A stretch of DNA of 62,481 nucleotides, counting the filler, from Diploschistes diacapsis (taxonomy: Eukaryota): the NCBI GenBank assembly GCA_023645945.1. It is 10 parts of 10 records of this genome, joined end to end, with 100 filler letters (N's around TTAATTAATTAA, not from the genome) between each part and the next. Parts side by side here need not be neighbours in the genome. Positions count along the whole stretch, not along the records: positions 33,211 to 56,786 come from JALAIB010000261.1; 9 more parts are not named here. One strand, given 5' to 3'. Below, piece by piece: positions 37,045 through 49,201 of this stretch (positions are counted from its first letter, which is position 1; each line of letters starts with the position of its first letter). The notes under the pieces are model-generated. The model saw only the letters and a program-made list of their open reading frames with translations, made no database searches and had not been told where the DNA came from. The position numbers and the translations under genes are program-made.

Positions 37045-37896
37045 GAAGGAATTGGTCGCTCCGAATTACAACGATTGAGTTCGTAGGAACAGTAACGGTG
37101 TCGCATTACCTGAATCTCACTAGTAGGGCTCTGTCCGCCAAAAGAACGAGGTGTGGGGTAAAAGAGGCCCCAGATTGTTACCCAAGTACAAAGTAACAAA
37201 GCACAGTATATGCATGTTATATTATTATATATATGGGAGTACTATCAATAATCAACACTCCTCTTACAAGTATATAGTAAATCTACAAGTTGAATGGTTC
37301 GGAAAGGGGCCTTGCTGGATTCTCTGCAACATGCCCAGATACATCCCCATCGGTGCTGAAATGGGTAGCTCACCTCACTTCCTTTTTGTGGGTAGGGAGA
37401 CAAAAGATGATTAATACCAAAAGGACTGGAGCGAGCTATCATTAGATATCACAGCAAAAAAGGCGGATATAGGACTGTTGTGTACCCGGGCCATGACAGT
37501 TCCTGCAGAAGCAACTCCATATATGTCAGTAGCAACAGCAGCAGCAGTACCCGTATGTACAGAGGCCACAGGTACCTTGTACGTGACGGCACCTCGTAAG
37601 TATCGAACATGTTCGTTGCACGAGAAACCTGGATGAGGCAAATATCAGAGCAAGGCCTAAGAACTTGGAGCCCAAGATCTTGAAGCCCTTCCTAAGCAAG
37701 CTTTGTGTCGGTGCCTGATCCTGCTCTTCTTACCGTGCATCAGCGTGGTGTGACAAGCCACATCCCATCACGCACTCTGCACGGTTGGTGATGTGGGCCG
37801 GCGTGTACATTTATGTCGCATACAGTAAGGAGAAAATCCAACATGCAGCAGATTGAATTTTCGTGGCCGGCCGTTTCGAGACTGAGACAGTACCCC

Positions 37897-40800
37897 CTAG
37901 TCCGAGCCAATGACAGCCCCATTGCCCGTTGTCGTCCCTCTAGTTTTGGTGCTGTTGCCATCTTCCTCTATATCAATGCCGCTAACAAACACCTCGCTCA
38001 CAAACTCGAGCGCAGCAACGAAAACACACAGCAGGCTAGCGATTGAGAAATTGCTGATGCTGGTCCCAATGTCCAGCCAGCTCCCCTCGTCCCTGACCAG
38101 CCAGAAGAAGTTGAGTGTTAGTACATCGCTGACTGCCATGACCAGCATGAACAGTGCCGAAGGCGCCACCCCAAGGCGCCGGTTGAGTATGCCTAGGATG
38201 GCCGAAACAATCGCAAATGGAATCAATAGTTGTAGCATCAAGAGCGCCGACTGGGAAAAGGGGCTGAAGACCGGTATCAGCCGGTACACGCTCACCAGCG
38301 AGAACGATGAGATGGAAGCAATGTTCCCCTGCGAAAAGAATGCGGATTGAATAAAGAAAAAGAACCACAGGGCAGTGCGGCTATCCGAAAGCGTAAGCGT
38401 GCGATATTCATGCCGCTCAGCTCCCTCGCTGGGAGACTTGATTTGCTCGGCAACTGAGGAAATAGCGTCATACAAAGGCTTTGGCTCCGGAAGCGGTTCT
38501 GCCGGCACTGGCTCACGCTTCCTCGTGAATGTGTAAATATGGTGCTCGAGGCGGACCCAGGCAACCAGTGTGATGCAAAAGGCAAAGTAAAAGAGCCCTT
38601 CATAGGAGATTGTGAGAATGATGAAAACCGGTGAGAATGTGAGGAAAATGATAACCAGCCTGTGGAGGTAATGTGTTTTTGGATAGAGACGGTGAAGGAA
38701 CGGAAGTGATAGCGATAGCGCGAGGACTACCCAGCCAATGATCTGGTTCCCAATGGGTAAACCCTGCTTTGCTTGTAGAGATGAAATGCTTGACCTAGTA
38801 ACAAACATGGACAGCAGAATCAGCCCGCTTTGCACGCCGATGATAACGCGTGGCCATTCCATTGCAGTGGATTTCAGCTTAGGCTTGGAGTCGGACTTGG
38901 ACGAAGTGAGCTCTTCCTCATAAAGAAGGTAGAGGACTCCGATGCAAAACATCAAAAAGCCTCCAACTAGGACCATAGTCGAGTTCTCAATCTTTACGGC
39001 AGAGACCAAGGTAAACAGACTCATCAGCAGGCAGCCGATGGTCCAGTTCGCTATGAGAAGTTTGTTGGCGACAACGAACCGCTTGCCGTACATGAATGGC
39101 CACGCAACAGCTGCGATATAGATTACGGAATATATCTCTCGGTGAAAATAGGAAATGACCTTGGAGTTAGCGTCAGCATATTTTTTGAGGACGAGGACAT
39201 GCTCTCCCAGGTTAGGATCTTACCAAAGTTTCCAAGAATCCAACAAATCCCAAAGTCTTCATCACCAAAAGAGCGATGTCTTCACCGTTCTTGACGTGAC
39301 CAAGCAGCGTATGACGAGCGGCAACCAATGCTTGTCTTCGAGCTATCACCTCTTCCCAAAACAAGACCGGCAGCGTGGCGTAAACGTAATAGGTCAGGGG
39401 TGACTTCTGGATAATTAGCATGGAGTAAAGCGCAACAAGCACGGACGCAGCAACTGCAACGGTAGCGGAAGACCTTGACGTCTCTGCTTTACCCTGAAGA
39501 ACGTGAAGGTCGATGACGGTTGTCAGAGCGAATGCCATCCATCCAAGGTACCCCAGTGTGACCAAAGCACGCAGAAAGAGCCAATCATATGTCTGGAGAT
39601 ATCGAAGCCCTTCCAAACCAATTTGCATCAGGGCCTGGCTTTTGTCAATGGCAGCTTCGTACTCTTGCTTGTCGATCAACGAACGTATCGTCTCCAAGCG
39701 ACTCTTAATGGAGCTTTCTTCATCATCAAAGGCTCTGTAGGGCCGGAATCTAAGCTCCGTTGATCTTTTGTGCTCTTCTTTGACTCGATACATCTCCAGA
39801 ATCTCTTTCGCGTTGACGAAAGCTGCTTCGGCACGGTCTTCGGGTCTACCTGCAATGTATGCTAGAGGCAACTCGCCGACAGAGTTGACAGGAAATTCCA
39901 GGCCGGCTAGATAGGCCATTAGCGGAGCAATATCTGCTTGGTTGACATCGTGGCGTGCAACGCGATCGAGACCCCAATCGTGCGAGAATCCATCCTCGTG
40001 GCCTGGCGCAAGTTTACCTTTGGTAATCTGTGGTTTCCTGACCCCGGATCCCCACAGCACCAGTGGTGTCCGCGTATTGTCTGGATGACCGTCTCCGTGA
40101 CTTCCCCAATCGCTCATTCCATGATCAGCCGTGAAAACATAGGCTGTCTTCCCATCATTATAGAAATCATCTATTAGTCTCGTGATCCTAGCGACGCCTC
40201 TGTCCACGACTTTTATGTTGTGAAGATACTCCTTTGAGTAAGGTCGGTACGAATGGCCTGTGGTGTCGAGTCCGAGCAGGTGTAGGAAGAAGACGTTCCT
40301 ATCCTTCCGAAGATCCGCATCCAGGTCCGCATCCACAGCCGCTATGTTAAACAGCTCCTCCACTTTGTCAAAGACCCAGGTATCGAGGTGTGTAGCATCA
40401 GCGGTAAAATCTTCAGCGTCATCGCTGTAAGTATCGGCGTAGATTCGACCCGGCACCGCCCCCTCTTTAAACATTGGCAAGATATCCGGGCTACCCCAGC
40501 TCCACGTATGCCGACTTCTATTGAATACGCTGTCGAAATTGACGGGGTTGAGCTGCCATCCCGTTGTAACGGCCGAAACGTCTTCGTAAAGTCCAGCGAT
40601 CATTGCCACATGTCCCGGCCGCGACTCCGTTGGCATGCGCGTATGCGAAACTCCAAATGTTCCCTCTCTTTCGACTTTCGAGCGGATAAAAGGCATCAAA
40701 GGACGCGGTTCCAGCGCCTCGGGCGCATTTGGGTCTGACGGGGTTGGGTCTGGGAACGACTGGAAGGCCTTGTCTGCGCGTAGGCCATCGCCGACGATAA

Positions 40801-40972
40801 GGACAAGTCTCCTGGCTGGAGCTTCGGCGCCTGGTCTCCTCGGGACCGCAAACGCTCGCATGCCATGGACAATGGGACTGACGAAGTAAATGTCGAAAAT
40901 CGAAGCTATGTAAACAAGATGAAATACAACGGCGATTGTCACAAACGTAAAGCGGTTGATGCGCGCCATCAT
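37897..40972 (-). CDS. MCD4: GPI ethanolamine phosphate transferase 1 (one intron near 39157-39220)
   Basis: IFDIYFVSPIVHGM, GDGLRADK, PTESRPGHVA, FTADHGMSDWGSHGDG; multi-TM PigN C-terminus ending EGSWLDIGTSIS. Confidence 0.95.
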
Positions 40973-41232
40973 AAGGAATGAATGATGGTTATGTGGAGCT
41001 ACCTAACTGAGAGAAAAGCTCAAGAGCTTCTGGTTACAATAAACATCGCAGAACACGGAGCGGACCAAAAGACCATCGGAAGCGATAAGTCAAGCACTTA
41101 TTGCTCCCTTTAGCCCATACCACATTGCTACTTCGACCAGGCACAAGTATCTGTTTGCACAATGAAATATAACACTGGCAGGAACTTTGTACTAATATAT
41201 ATAGCTTCCTAAAGTCTCTATAACGTAATTCA

Positions 41233-42747
41233 TCATGTATCCGCAGAATAACTCCTGACAATGTCTACCAGCCGTCTATAGTTGCGCGCCTTTTCAAAAA
41301 CCTGGGCGTGATCGAGATTCTCGAACCACACGATATCCAGGCCCTCTCCCTTCCATGAGTGGTCTTTCCACATGTCCGTTTCGACTGTTGCACCTTCGTC
41401 CTCGGCCAAAAAACGCTCGTAAGCAGGCTCGTCCTCCGCCAGGTACCTCCCAACGGCATGTGTATTGACGATCAAGTCTCGGCCACATAATACCACGGTA
41501 ACTTTGCGGTTCCGCAACGCTTCCTTCCAAAGAATGTTTTCGGCCCAGAAAAAGTGTCTGGCTATTGTGTTGGCGACGCAGATGTCTGTCGAGGCAAAAT
41601 AGTATAGTTGATACTCGTTGGCTTTCCGCGGTGGTCGCCTTGTGAAATTGTAGGCAACATCCGGTAAATGTAAAAGGATGCTGGCTGGATCAACCAAAGC
41701 GATGGAGCTGATACGGCTGGCAGCATCTTGCATTTTGAGCAAATTTGTTGCAATGACGCTGCCAAAGGAATGCGTCACCAACTCAAATCTATCCCAGCCA
41801 TGTTCTCCTATAGTTTTCATAATCCCTCGGCATATGCTTTCCTGATCCTGTATCTCGCCGGTTATCCGGGAACATATAGGCATTAGCTCTATGGCGATAA
41901 TACCAATCTGACCATCGGAAGAGTCACGGTGCGGCTTATTGACCTCGATCATGAAATTAACGTAAGGCCAAAGGCCAATCCCAATCCCGTGCACAAAGAC
42001 AATCGGTTTTCGTGTTTTCGAGGTATGGGGCTTGTGCCAGTAAGAAAGCGGTGGAGAGGAAGAAGTTCTCCAACTCGCAAGAGTGATAATGCGGGGAGGG
42101 AAAACGGTTAGAAAGCGGGAGAAGGGAAGGCGGTAGTGCTGAAAGCCGTGAAGCCGTAGGCGGACATAAGTAATCGCATCAACCAACGCTATGATAGTAT
42201 ACCACAGCAGAGGCCTGTGCAGTGCCTTGACGGGATCAAGGGTCGGCCTCATAGCTTTTACACGTCCTCTGCCAGGCTTTAACTTCGCACCAATGAGCTC
42301 CTCTATTCTATCCACATACTCTTCCAGCTCTTGTTCGTCTTCGGGACCCCAAGCTCCTCGATTGAAGAAGGCCCAGCAGAAGAACTCCTTGACATTATCA
42401 CGGTGAATAGCTGATAATGGTGCGTTGAGGAACCACTTCGATAAATACGCTTCTGGGTCCGTTATATTATCGCAGGATTTCTGGAATAAGCTTCGGCGCT
42501 CCTCCTGCGGTGCGATCGGTGGATGCTTCGCTGGCTTTTGGAACAAGCGGTACTTGGGTATGTATACCAAGACGTAGAAGATGACCTCGGCTATTGAAAG
42601 GATCTCAAGGATAAGTGTCAAGCGGTGCGCGTTATGGTCTATGATGAGTGTGAGGACTAGGCACACAATGAGGAGCGGCGCGAAATAGTGGAGGAGAGAG
42701 ATGGAAGTTCGAATGAAGAAATAGCGCAAAGGCGAGTGATCAATCAT
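41233..42747 (-). CDS. Membrane-associated alpha/beta-hydrolase fold protein
   Basis: 504-aa ORF; PIVFVHGIGIG, nucleophile elbow THSFG, C-terminal LDHAQVF; N-terminal TM helices. Confidence 0.85.
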   Translation of the reverse strand: MIDHSPLRYFFIRTSISLLHYFAPLLIVCLVLTLIIDHNAHRLTLILEILSIAEVIFYVLVYIPKYRLFQKPAKHPPIAPQEERRSLFQKSCDNITDPEAYLSKWFLNAPLSAIHRDNVKEFFCWAFFNRGAWGPEDEQELEEYVDRIEELIGAKLKPGRGRVKAMRPTLDPVKALHRPLLWYTIIALVDAITYVRLRLHGFQHYRLPFSRFLTVFPPRIITLASWRTSSSPPLSYWHKPHTSKTRKPIVFVHGIGIGLWPYVNFMIEVNKPHRDSSDGQIGIIAIELMPICSRITGEIQDQESICRGIMKTIGEHGWDRFELVTHSFGSVIATNLLKMQDAASRISSIALVDPASILLHLPDVAYNFTRRPPRKANEYQLYYFASTDICVANTIARHFFWAENILWKEALRNRKVTVVLCGRDLIVNTHAVGRYLAEDEPAYERFLAEDEGATVETDMWKDHSWKGEGLDIVWFENLDHAQVFEKARNYRRLVDIVRSYSADT

Positions 42748-43033
42748 CGTGAGGTGATGAGCGTAGAATGAACAAGTGTATCTAGTGAGAAGAGAGAAGA
42801 GCTGTGGAAAGAGTAAGTCACTAGAATCAAGATATGACGATCCTGCTGAGCCACAGTGAGCTTTTAGCCACAGTGAGCTTTTTAGTCACAGCTGGGAGAA
42901 ACTCCACAAATTCTTTTACTTCCCCATGCATTGCTGAAGATGAATCTTCATCTACTAATCTTTCCTTCGCTATAGAGGTTCGCGTCTTATGGCAATCAGC
43001 AGCTTCACTTTCCCTAATACATCCGGAAGCATC

Positions 43034-43606
43034 ATGCCTCCGCTCTCCAGCTCTCCGGTGCAATTCGGTAAATTTATTATTACTTCTCAAGTTTTCTACC
43101 TGACCCAACTCTCAATGGCCTTTGTGAACCTCAAGCCCCTCTTGCCGGGCCATGTCCTAGTCTCTCCCCGACGCGTTGTCCCCCGCCTCTCCGACCTCTC
43201 TCAGTCCGAGATAACAGACCTTTTCGTCACTGTTCAACGTGTAGGGAAGATGGTCGAACGTGTTTTCTATGCCACTTCGCTGAACATAGCAATGCAAGAT
43301 GGCGCTGACGCGGGACAGAGCGTGCCACATGTGCACGCACATATTATCCCCAGGAAAGCGCAGGACCTTGAAGAAAGGGGCGGCGGGGATGCTATTTATG
43401 CAATGTTGGAGGGGGAGGAGGGGGACGTTGGGAAGCACTTGAAAGAACGAAATGAGGAGACGAAGAGTGCAGGGAGGTCGAAATTTCCCAAGGTAGACGA
43501 GGCTGGCAGGAAGTCGAGGAGTGACGAAGAAATGGCGGCTGAGGCGGAAGATTTGAGAAAGGCGATGGAAGAGGAGGCAGGGACGGGGGAGGGATCACCA
43601 CTCTGA
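43034..43606 (+). CDS. HNT2: Bis(5'-adenosyl)-triphosphatase (Fhit family HIT hydrolase)
   Basis: AFVNLKPLLPGHVLV, QDGADAGQSVPHVHAHIIPR, RSDEEMAAEA; start may instead be 42989. Confidence 0.92.
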   Translation: MPPLSSSPVQFGKFIITSQVFYLTQLSMAFVNLKPLLPGHVLVSPRRVVPRLSDLSQSEITDLFVTVQRVGKMVERVFYATSLNIAMQDGADAGQSVPHVHAHIIPRKAQDLEERGGGDAIYAMLEGEEGDVGKHLKERNEETKSAGRSKFPKVDEAGRKSRSDEEMAAEAEDLRKAMEEEAGTGEGSPL

Positions 43607-44245
43607 TTCTTCTTCCATCTCGCTGCGGCTTTTACGAATACCGCGCGACGACATGACAATGTGCTTCCTCGTCGTACCAAAATAGAGCTACCTGTTACAA
43701 TTCAGAATCAACGCACTTGCTTGTTAGGAGCTTCTGGACGAGTAAATTTTCACTGAAGAGTTGAAGGCTAACCAAACACAATATTCAGCAGACTCCAAAG
43801 TTTCCGAAGCCTTTCAAGCCTTTGCACGAGCCTGGAGGCAACCCCTATCTAGCCTACGGCCGTAGAGGATAGACTGGTTCCTCGGCCTCAGGAGCATACA
43901 GTACACAAATTATTTTACCATCCTTTGTTCTTTTTTAAACCACACACTACGAACAACACATAGCCACAGTACATCGCCTGTCCCTACCTCTCGTTGCTAT
44001 AAACAGCTCATGCGAAAACACCGACTGTCCATCCATTGGTTGCACCACAACACCAAAAAGCGCCGAAACGGGGTATCTCCCTTCCAAAACATCCACCTTC
44101 CCACCCAAAAAAATAACAGAAACAAAGACTCTAAGCACCCAAAACCAGAAAAGTGCTCCCATATTTTAGTTCTTTTCAACCTCCTAACCCAATAAATACC
44201 ACAAACCCTCCTTATCTCTTCGCACCACAGCGTACATCCATCCCC

Positions 44246-47200
44246 TCAGATCCTCCCGCCTTCCACAACCTCCCTCCCCAGCACCTCCACCAATCCCCCT
44301 TCGCCCATTCTCCGCCGCTCCATGACCCACCTTGACCCCTCCTCGTCCTTCTCCTTGATATACGCCACGCTGTCTGCACCGCTGCTGTTCCTGCTGTGGG
44401 TCTTGATAGGACTCGAGTGCCCGTAGCCCTTGATGGCATTGTTGCGGCGCATGGGGCTCGCGGCCGTCGTTGTCGCCGTCTTGGAGTCCGCGCCGGCGCT
44501 CAAGGATGGTGGGGGGAACAGGGGGGACATGAGGAGGTCTTTGGCCAGGATGTTTGGTGGTTTGGAGGAGCGGTGTTTGGAGCTTTCTGGCTCGAGTTGT
44601 GATGGCGATGGCAATTGCGGTGCCTGCGGCGCTAGAGGGCGCGGAGGAGGGGGGATGGCGGGGTTGGACTTTGGCGGGGAGGTACTCTTCACGCTGCCAC
44701 CGCCGCCGCCCATGCTGTGAACGCTCGTACTGCTGCCGCCCCACGCGCTCTGCCTCAGCTTCATGAGTGCCGAAAGCGACATGCTGCTGTCGTGCTCCTC
44801 GTACTGCATCTCGTCCGCGATTTGCGCCAGCCCCGGCGTCTGGACGGCCGCTGGGAAGCTCCCGTGACCGCTGTGCAGAGCCAGCGAGATTATCGAGTTG
44901 CGCTGGCTCCACTCGCTTCGCTCCGTGATGGGCGTCAAGCTGGGTTCCTGGCCGTTGACACGCCCGCTGTGGCTGCGCCTGATGTCGCCCATGCCTGCAG
45001 GCCCAAAATAGCCACCGTTGACGAATTCGACCTCTGACGACCCGTTGGCGCGGGCGTAGAAGCCGAATTCGCGCCCGTAGAAGCCTTCGTCGTCGTTTTC
45101 AAGAGCAGAGGCGTTGGCTGCGGCAATTATGTCGTCTTCGTCTTGCGAGTAGTCGTCGAGGCCAGAGTTGTCGGGCATCTCGAGGCCGAGCTGGTCATCG
45201 AAGGTTACGTGACTGGCGCCGTTGTGAAAAGCGTCAAAATTAGCTGGTTCGCCAGTGCTCATTTTGCGATCGAAGCGTCCTTCTTGCGCAGCCTTTTGCG
45301 TCGCGAGAGCCAAAGCATCATGATATGCAGCAAGATTATCTGTCGTAAGCCCTACAGCCTGGTCAAAGCCCAAGGCAAGATCTTGCTTGAGCGCAGAGCC
45401 TCGCCTTGCAGCGATACTTTTTTCCGGTGGCTGTACAGATGTTCTACTCGTGTCTGCAGTTGCCGCTACATTGTGACCTGCTGCAAGACTACTTTGAAGT
45501 GATATCGGTCTCGTAGATTGCTGGGAGGAATTATCGCTGCTCTCCGCATCTGGGGCCGCGGATGGAGGTTCCAGTTCTAGGTCACGCAGGGGCCGCTCGT
45601 ATATCCTGCTGTTCTCGTCGTCAAAAATAGATTCATCGAGCGTGGGACCATCCTGCAAATCCACATCCTCGATCATGCCATCGTCGAAGTAAAGATCATC
45701 ATGCTCAGATATGCTGATATGGGATGCGCCTCTAAGTGCAGCAGAATGCTCTTGGGTCAAATGATTGTCCGCATTAGCTGTCATAGAAGCATGTAGGGTC
45801 GTATTCGCATGCGTATACATCTGACCGGCGGCCTGATTGTTAACGGACTGGCCAAGCTTGCCATGAGTGTCGTTATAAAGACTGGGTCCCGCTAGTGTAA
45901 AGTTCGCCACGAAGCCGGAAAAGGGGTATTCGTCGTCATTTGCATTAACACCGGGTATTTCCTCCTCGATCCCATCGTCGAAGTCAACGTTGTCGGAGTC
46001 AAAATCGTCATCCGTAACAGCAGCGGAAATTCTGGACGCTCTGCTAGTTCTCCTCTTCCGAGCATTCTTCTGTCTATGCTTGTCCTCTAGAAGCTTTTCT
46101 TGCATGGCAGATCCGACTCCAGACATGTCAAAGCTGAAGCGGGAGGAAGTGCTTTGAGAATGCTTTGAAGACTCCCCAAGAGCGGCAGCAGAGTAATGCG
46201 CAGATGGCGTACGCGATCGGCTTTTAGGAGGCGATGTTGGAGAGGATCTACTGGGCATGCATGGCACTGGCAGCGGTGACGGCTCGGCTAATGGAGATGG
46301 TTCGACGGGTGAAGACTCTGCTGAAGATGGCTCGGTCGATGAAGCTGCACTGGAACTACTTCGTCTTTGCTGAAGCGCTGGCCGAGGGGCAACCGCAAAT
46401 GTTGGATCACTCAATAGGAAAGGATCTGTCACCGTTTCGGGGAACTTTTGTGCAAAAGGCGGTAGGGAAGACCGGGACTCCTCAGATGCATCCAGAGGTA
46501 ATCGATCAAGAATGCCGGTTGTGCTTTGGTTCCTTCTATCCTTGTCATCAAATCGCCATGTGGCAATCTCGTCTCCGAAGTGTTCTCTAAAAACCGGTGC
46601 ATGTTGGCGTTCACCTCCACCCGAAGGCTCCGATACGAAAGCGTTTGTTCGTCCCTGAGCCGATAGATTCGCCTGCTGATCGGAGCTCGCACCCCCGTCA
46701 TTCCTTTTCCTCGGGCCAAGAGACGATAAATCTAGTGGAGGAAGCGGCTGCCGTGTCCGCGGTGTACTAAAATCATGGACTTTGTTGCCCCTGATTCTGG
46801 GGTCGTAGTTCTCTGGCAGATTGTTGCCTAGCATAACATTACGTCTATAGGCATCGTTGTCCACTTCAGAGGCAGGCTGGGATGACCGCCGCCTGGCCAA
46901 AAGTGACATTGGATTGAACCGTGTTAACATAAGCTTGCTTGAGCGTTGAGGGGCTTCCGAAACGTTTGAGAGCGGATTGAGCTGAGATGGACGCTGCTGC
47001 GATTGCGCTTGTTGATTTTCAGTGTTCACTTCGCTTCGCATATTTTGCAAGGACTTTTGTTGCAGCAAGTCTGATCGGCCTGGACCAAGACCGCTGATTC
47101 GCGTATGATTTTGTGCCGTACGTGGAATCAAAGGCCGCATCTCTTGCATCGTAGCATCACTAGCTGTGGCTATCATCTCAGTGGATATCATCGACGAGGT

Positions 47201-47896
47201 TTCAACCTGTGCCCTAATACCTTGCAATTTGCTAGACTGCTCCGATGATTCTCGTCTAGTTGTTGCTCTCAGCCCATCACTAGGTCTAAGTATGTGCTGA
47301 GAATCGATTTGTGTGCGCTGAGGTATCTGCGGCGATTTGCTATCTCTATCTTTTTGCAGGGCGGCTTGCTGGCGCGACCCGCCAGATGTAGAAAACTGGT
47401 GTGATGTCGCTGAGACTGAATCGCAAGGGGCATGTAATGGCCTACTCCGCTGCGGCGAAGCATCACTGGACGTCACGGTTGACTGGAAAGGGAGAGAAAA
47501 GTTGCCTGGGGCACGAGATCGAGCCATGACGTACTCAAAATTTAAACTTAGCTTTTCCGCACTGGAGATATCGTTTGTCGGTCGTGCTGCCAGCTCTGCC
47601 CGCTTTAGATCATCCTCTTGTGGTTTCCCTGCAAGTCTTTTGTTCCTTGAATTTTCGTGTTCGTCAATTGAAGCAAGATTTCGGGGCCCACCGTAAATCG
47701 AGGCAACGCGGGGAATAGGCGGGAGTACGGGAGCTGTTGGAGATACAATCGGTCGGTAAACAAACTCTTCATCGAGTGAGGAGCCGGAGGACACACGGCG
47801 AAGCGGTTGCTCTTCTTCAATGGTTTCATTCGGGGTCGCTTGATCGGCTTGAATGGAGGGGACACGGCGGCCAGTCGGCCTTAGGTAAGAGAACAT
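44246..47896 (-). CDS. Large low-complexity conserved fungal protein of unknown function (1216 aa)
   Basis: Long intronless ORF with motif islands YDPRIRG..VHDFS, SRFSFDM, EGFYGREFGFY, EPSLTPITERSEWS. Confidence 0.85.
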   Translation of the reverse strand: MFSYLRPTGRRVPSIQADQATPNETIEEEQPLRRVSSGSSLDEEFVYRPIVSPTAPVLPPIPRVASIYGGPRNLASIDEHENSRNKRLAGKPQEDDLKRAELAARPTNDISSAEKLSLNFEYVMARSRAPGNFSLPFQSTVTSSDASPQRSRPLHAPCDSVSATSHQFSTSGGSRQQAALQKDRDSKSPQIPQRTQIDSQHILRPSDGLRATTRRESSEQSSKLQGIRAQVETSSMISTEMIATASDATMQEMRPLIPRTAQNHTRISGLGPGRSDLLQQKSLQNMRSEVNTENQQAQSQQRPSQLNPLSNVSEAPQRSSKLMLTRFNPMSLLARRRSSQPASEVDNDAYRRNVMLGNNLPENYDPRIRGNKVHDFSTPRTRQPLPPLDLSSLGPRKRNDGGASSDQQANLSAQGRTNAFVSEPSGGGERQHAPVFREHFGDEIATWRFDDKDRRNQSTTGILDRLPLDASEESRSSLPPFAQKFPETVTDPFLLSDPTFAVAPRPALQQRRSSSSAASSTEPSSAESSPVEPSPLAEPSPLPVPCMPSRSSPTSPPKSRSRTPSAHYSAAALGESSKHSQSTSSRFSFDMSGVGSAMQEKLLEDKHRQKNARKRRTSRASRISAAVTDDDFDSDNVDFDDGIEEEIPGVNANDDEYPFSGFVANFTLAGPSLYNDTHGKLGQSVNNQAAGQMYTHANTTLHASMTANADNHLTQEHSAALRGASHISISEHDDLYFDDGMIEDVDLQDGPTLDESIFDDENSRIYERPLRDLELEPPSAAPDAESSDNSSQQSTRPISLQSSLAAGHNVAATADTSRTSVQPPEKSIAARRGSALKQDLALGFDQAVGLTTDNLAAYHDALALATQKAAQEGRFDRKMSTGEPANFDAFHNGASHVTFDDQLGLEMPDNSGLDDYSQDEDDIIAAANASALENDDEGFYGREFGFYARANGSSEVEFVNGGYFGPAGMGDIRRSHSGRVNGQEPSLTPITERSEWSQRNSIISLALHSGHGSFPAAVQTPGLAQIADEMQYEEHDSSMSLSALMKLRQSAWGGSSTSVHSMGGGGGSVKSTSPPKSNPAIPPPPRPLAPQAPQLPSPSQLEPESSKHRSSKPPNILAKDLLMSPLFPPPSLSAGADSKTATTTAASPMRRNNAIKGYGHSSPIKTHSRNSSGADSVAYIKEKDEEGSRWVMERRRMGEGGLVEVLGREVVEGGRI

Positions 47897-48411
47897 TCCG
47901 ACCCTAGATCATTTGAAGTGTAGAATACCTTTAGCATGCAGAATATAGCAATAGACTCCTGAAGCGAAATTCAGGACCTTTGCAGTAGCGCCTCCAGCAT
48001 AGGGCCCATGACGCCCGATGGCCTCCTACTTTGTAATGATCAGCGATGTCATGTGTGAAGTAGGAACTTCCAAGAAGCAGAAACAGCCGTGCCTAACTCA
48101 GGACGTTGTGATGATGCGACCGAAATCATGAGTTGCCAAGTATAGTATCAGTTTCCTAACGCCGAAGCGAAGCTGATGAGGGGGTCCCAGCTAACTGAAG
48201 AAGTTGTCGTGGAGGTATAGTACAGCCTTATTAGTTGCAGAGGTACTGTACTATGTAACTTCTGAGGAATCTTCAAGATGAATTTACAAGCCTTTTTAAT
48301 TTGAAGAGCTTCAACCAATCACCTTTATCGAGTCATACTACTGGATGCTTGGCAAATACTTGGCATTCTCCTAGGTCAGATTTGCTGAGTCAGCAGCAAA
48401 ATGAAGTTATA

Positions 48412-48613
48412 ACGTGTTCCACCACACAACGGAACACACCACTAAGCGGAACACTACATTATAATGTAATTGCGCTAGATCGAGCGCTTCCATATTTGTA
48501 CGGAGCTAAATCTGTTCTCAACTACACTACCCCGTTCTTCGGCCTTTTTTTTGATTACATTATAATGTAGTGTTCCCGCTTTGTGGTGTGTTCCGTTGTG
48601 TGGTGAAACACGT
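48412..48613. mobile_element. 202-bp MITE of Tc1/mariner-pogo (Fot1) type
   Basis: ~60-bp TIRs starting ACGTGTT(C/T)CACCACACAACGGAACACACCAC; TA on both sides (48410-48411, 48614-48615). Confidence 0.8.
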
Positions 48614-49201
48614 TATAAGCGATTTCAGCCACAGCATGTCCGCCACATATAGTCCGCATTAGTCCATAAATAGCTAGTAGCAAGCAAAACAACTGAGTTA
48701 TGTTATACTCACTAGCCACAACTCTATCCCCTACTAACGCCTTTGCGGAAACACGCGGTCGGCATTGACTCTCTCAGTATTTTCCTACCCAATACAAGCT
48801 CTAATAAGCCAATTTATTGTTTAGAGGCGCTTCACTATCGCAAGCTCTTCCTGGTCAACGAATCAACCTCTCGACAAAGCCATAGACCTAGGTGCGATCC
48901 GGAAGCTGGGTCTTGATTGTCATCCCTGGTTCTTGCGTTGCCCCATTATACGTCAGACCTGAGACACGCAAGCCATCAGAGTAACTGTTTGATAAATTCC
49001 GTCTTCTCGCCAGAGAGCTCATCCAAACTGTGTGTACTTGATCTCACGAATACTGCATCTGTGTGCAAATACCGCCACTATCGATTATCCGAAAGCACTC
49101 GCGACGTTCAGATCGAATCACCTCGGCCTTGTAACATAACCCTAGCAGCCAACAACACCGATCATTCCCCTTCATCTGCTTGAACATCACCCTCAGCCGC
49201 C

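Noticed and set aside
42848..42892. 18-19-bp tandem repeat (agccacagtgagctttt) in the divergent promoter
   Set aside because: Short local duplication with no evidence of function
44184..44912. 242-aa alternative-frame ORF inside the 1216-aa gene
   Set aside because: GC-rich shadow frame with no recognisable motifs
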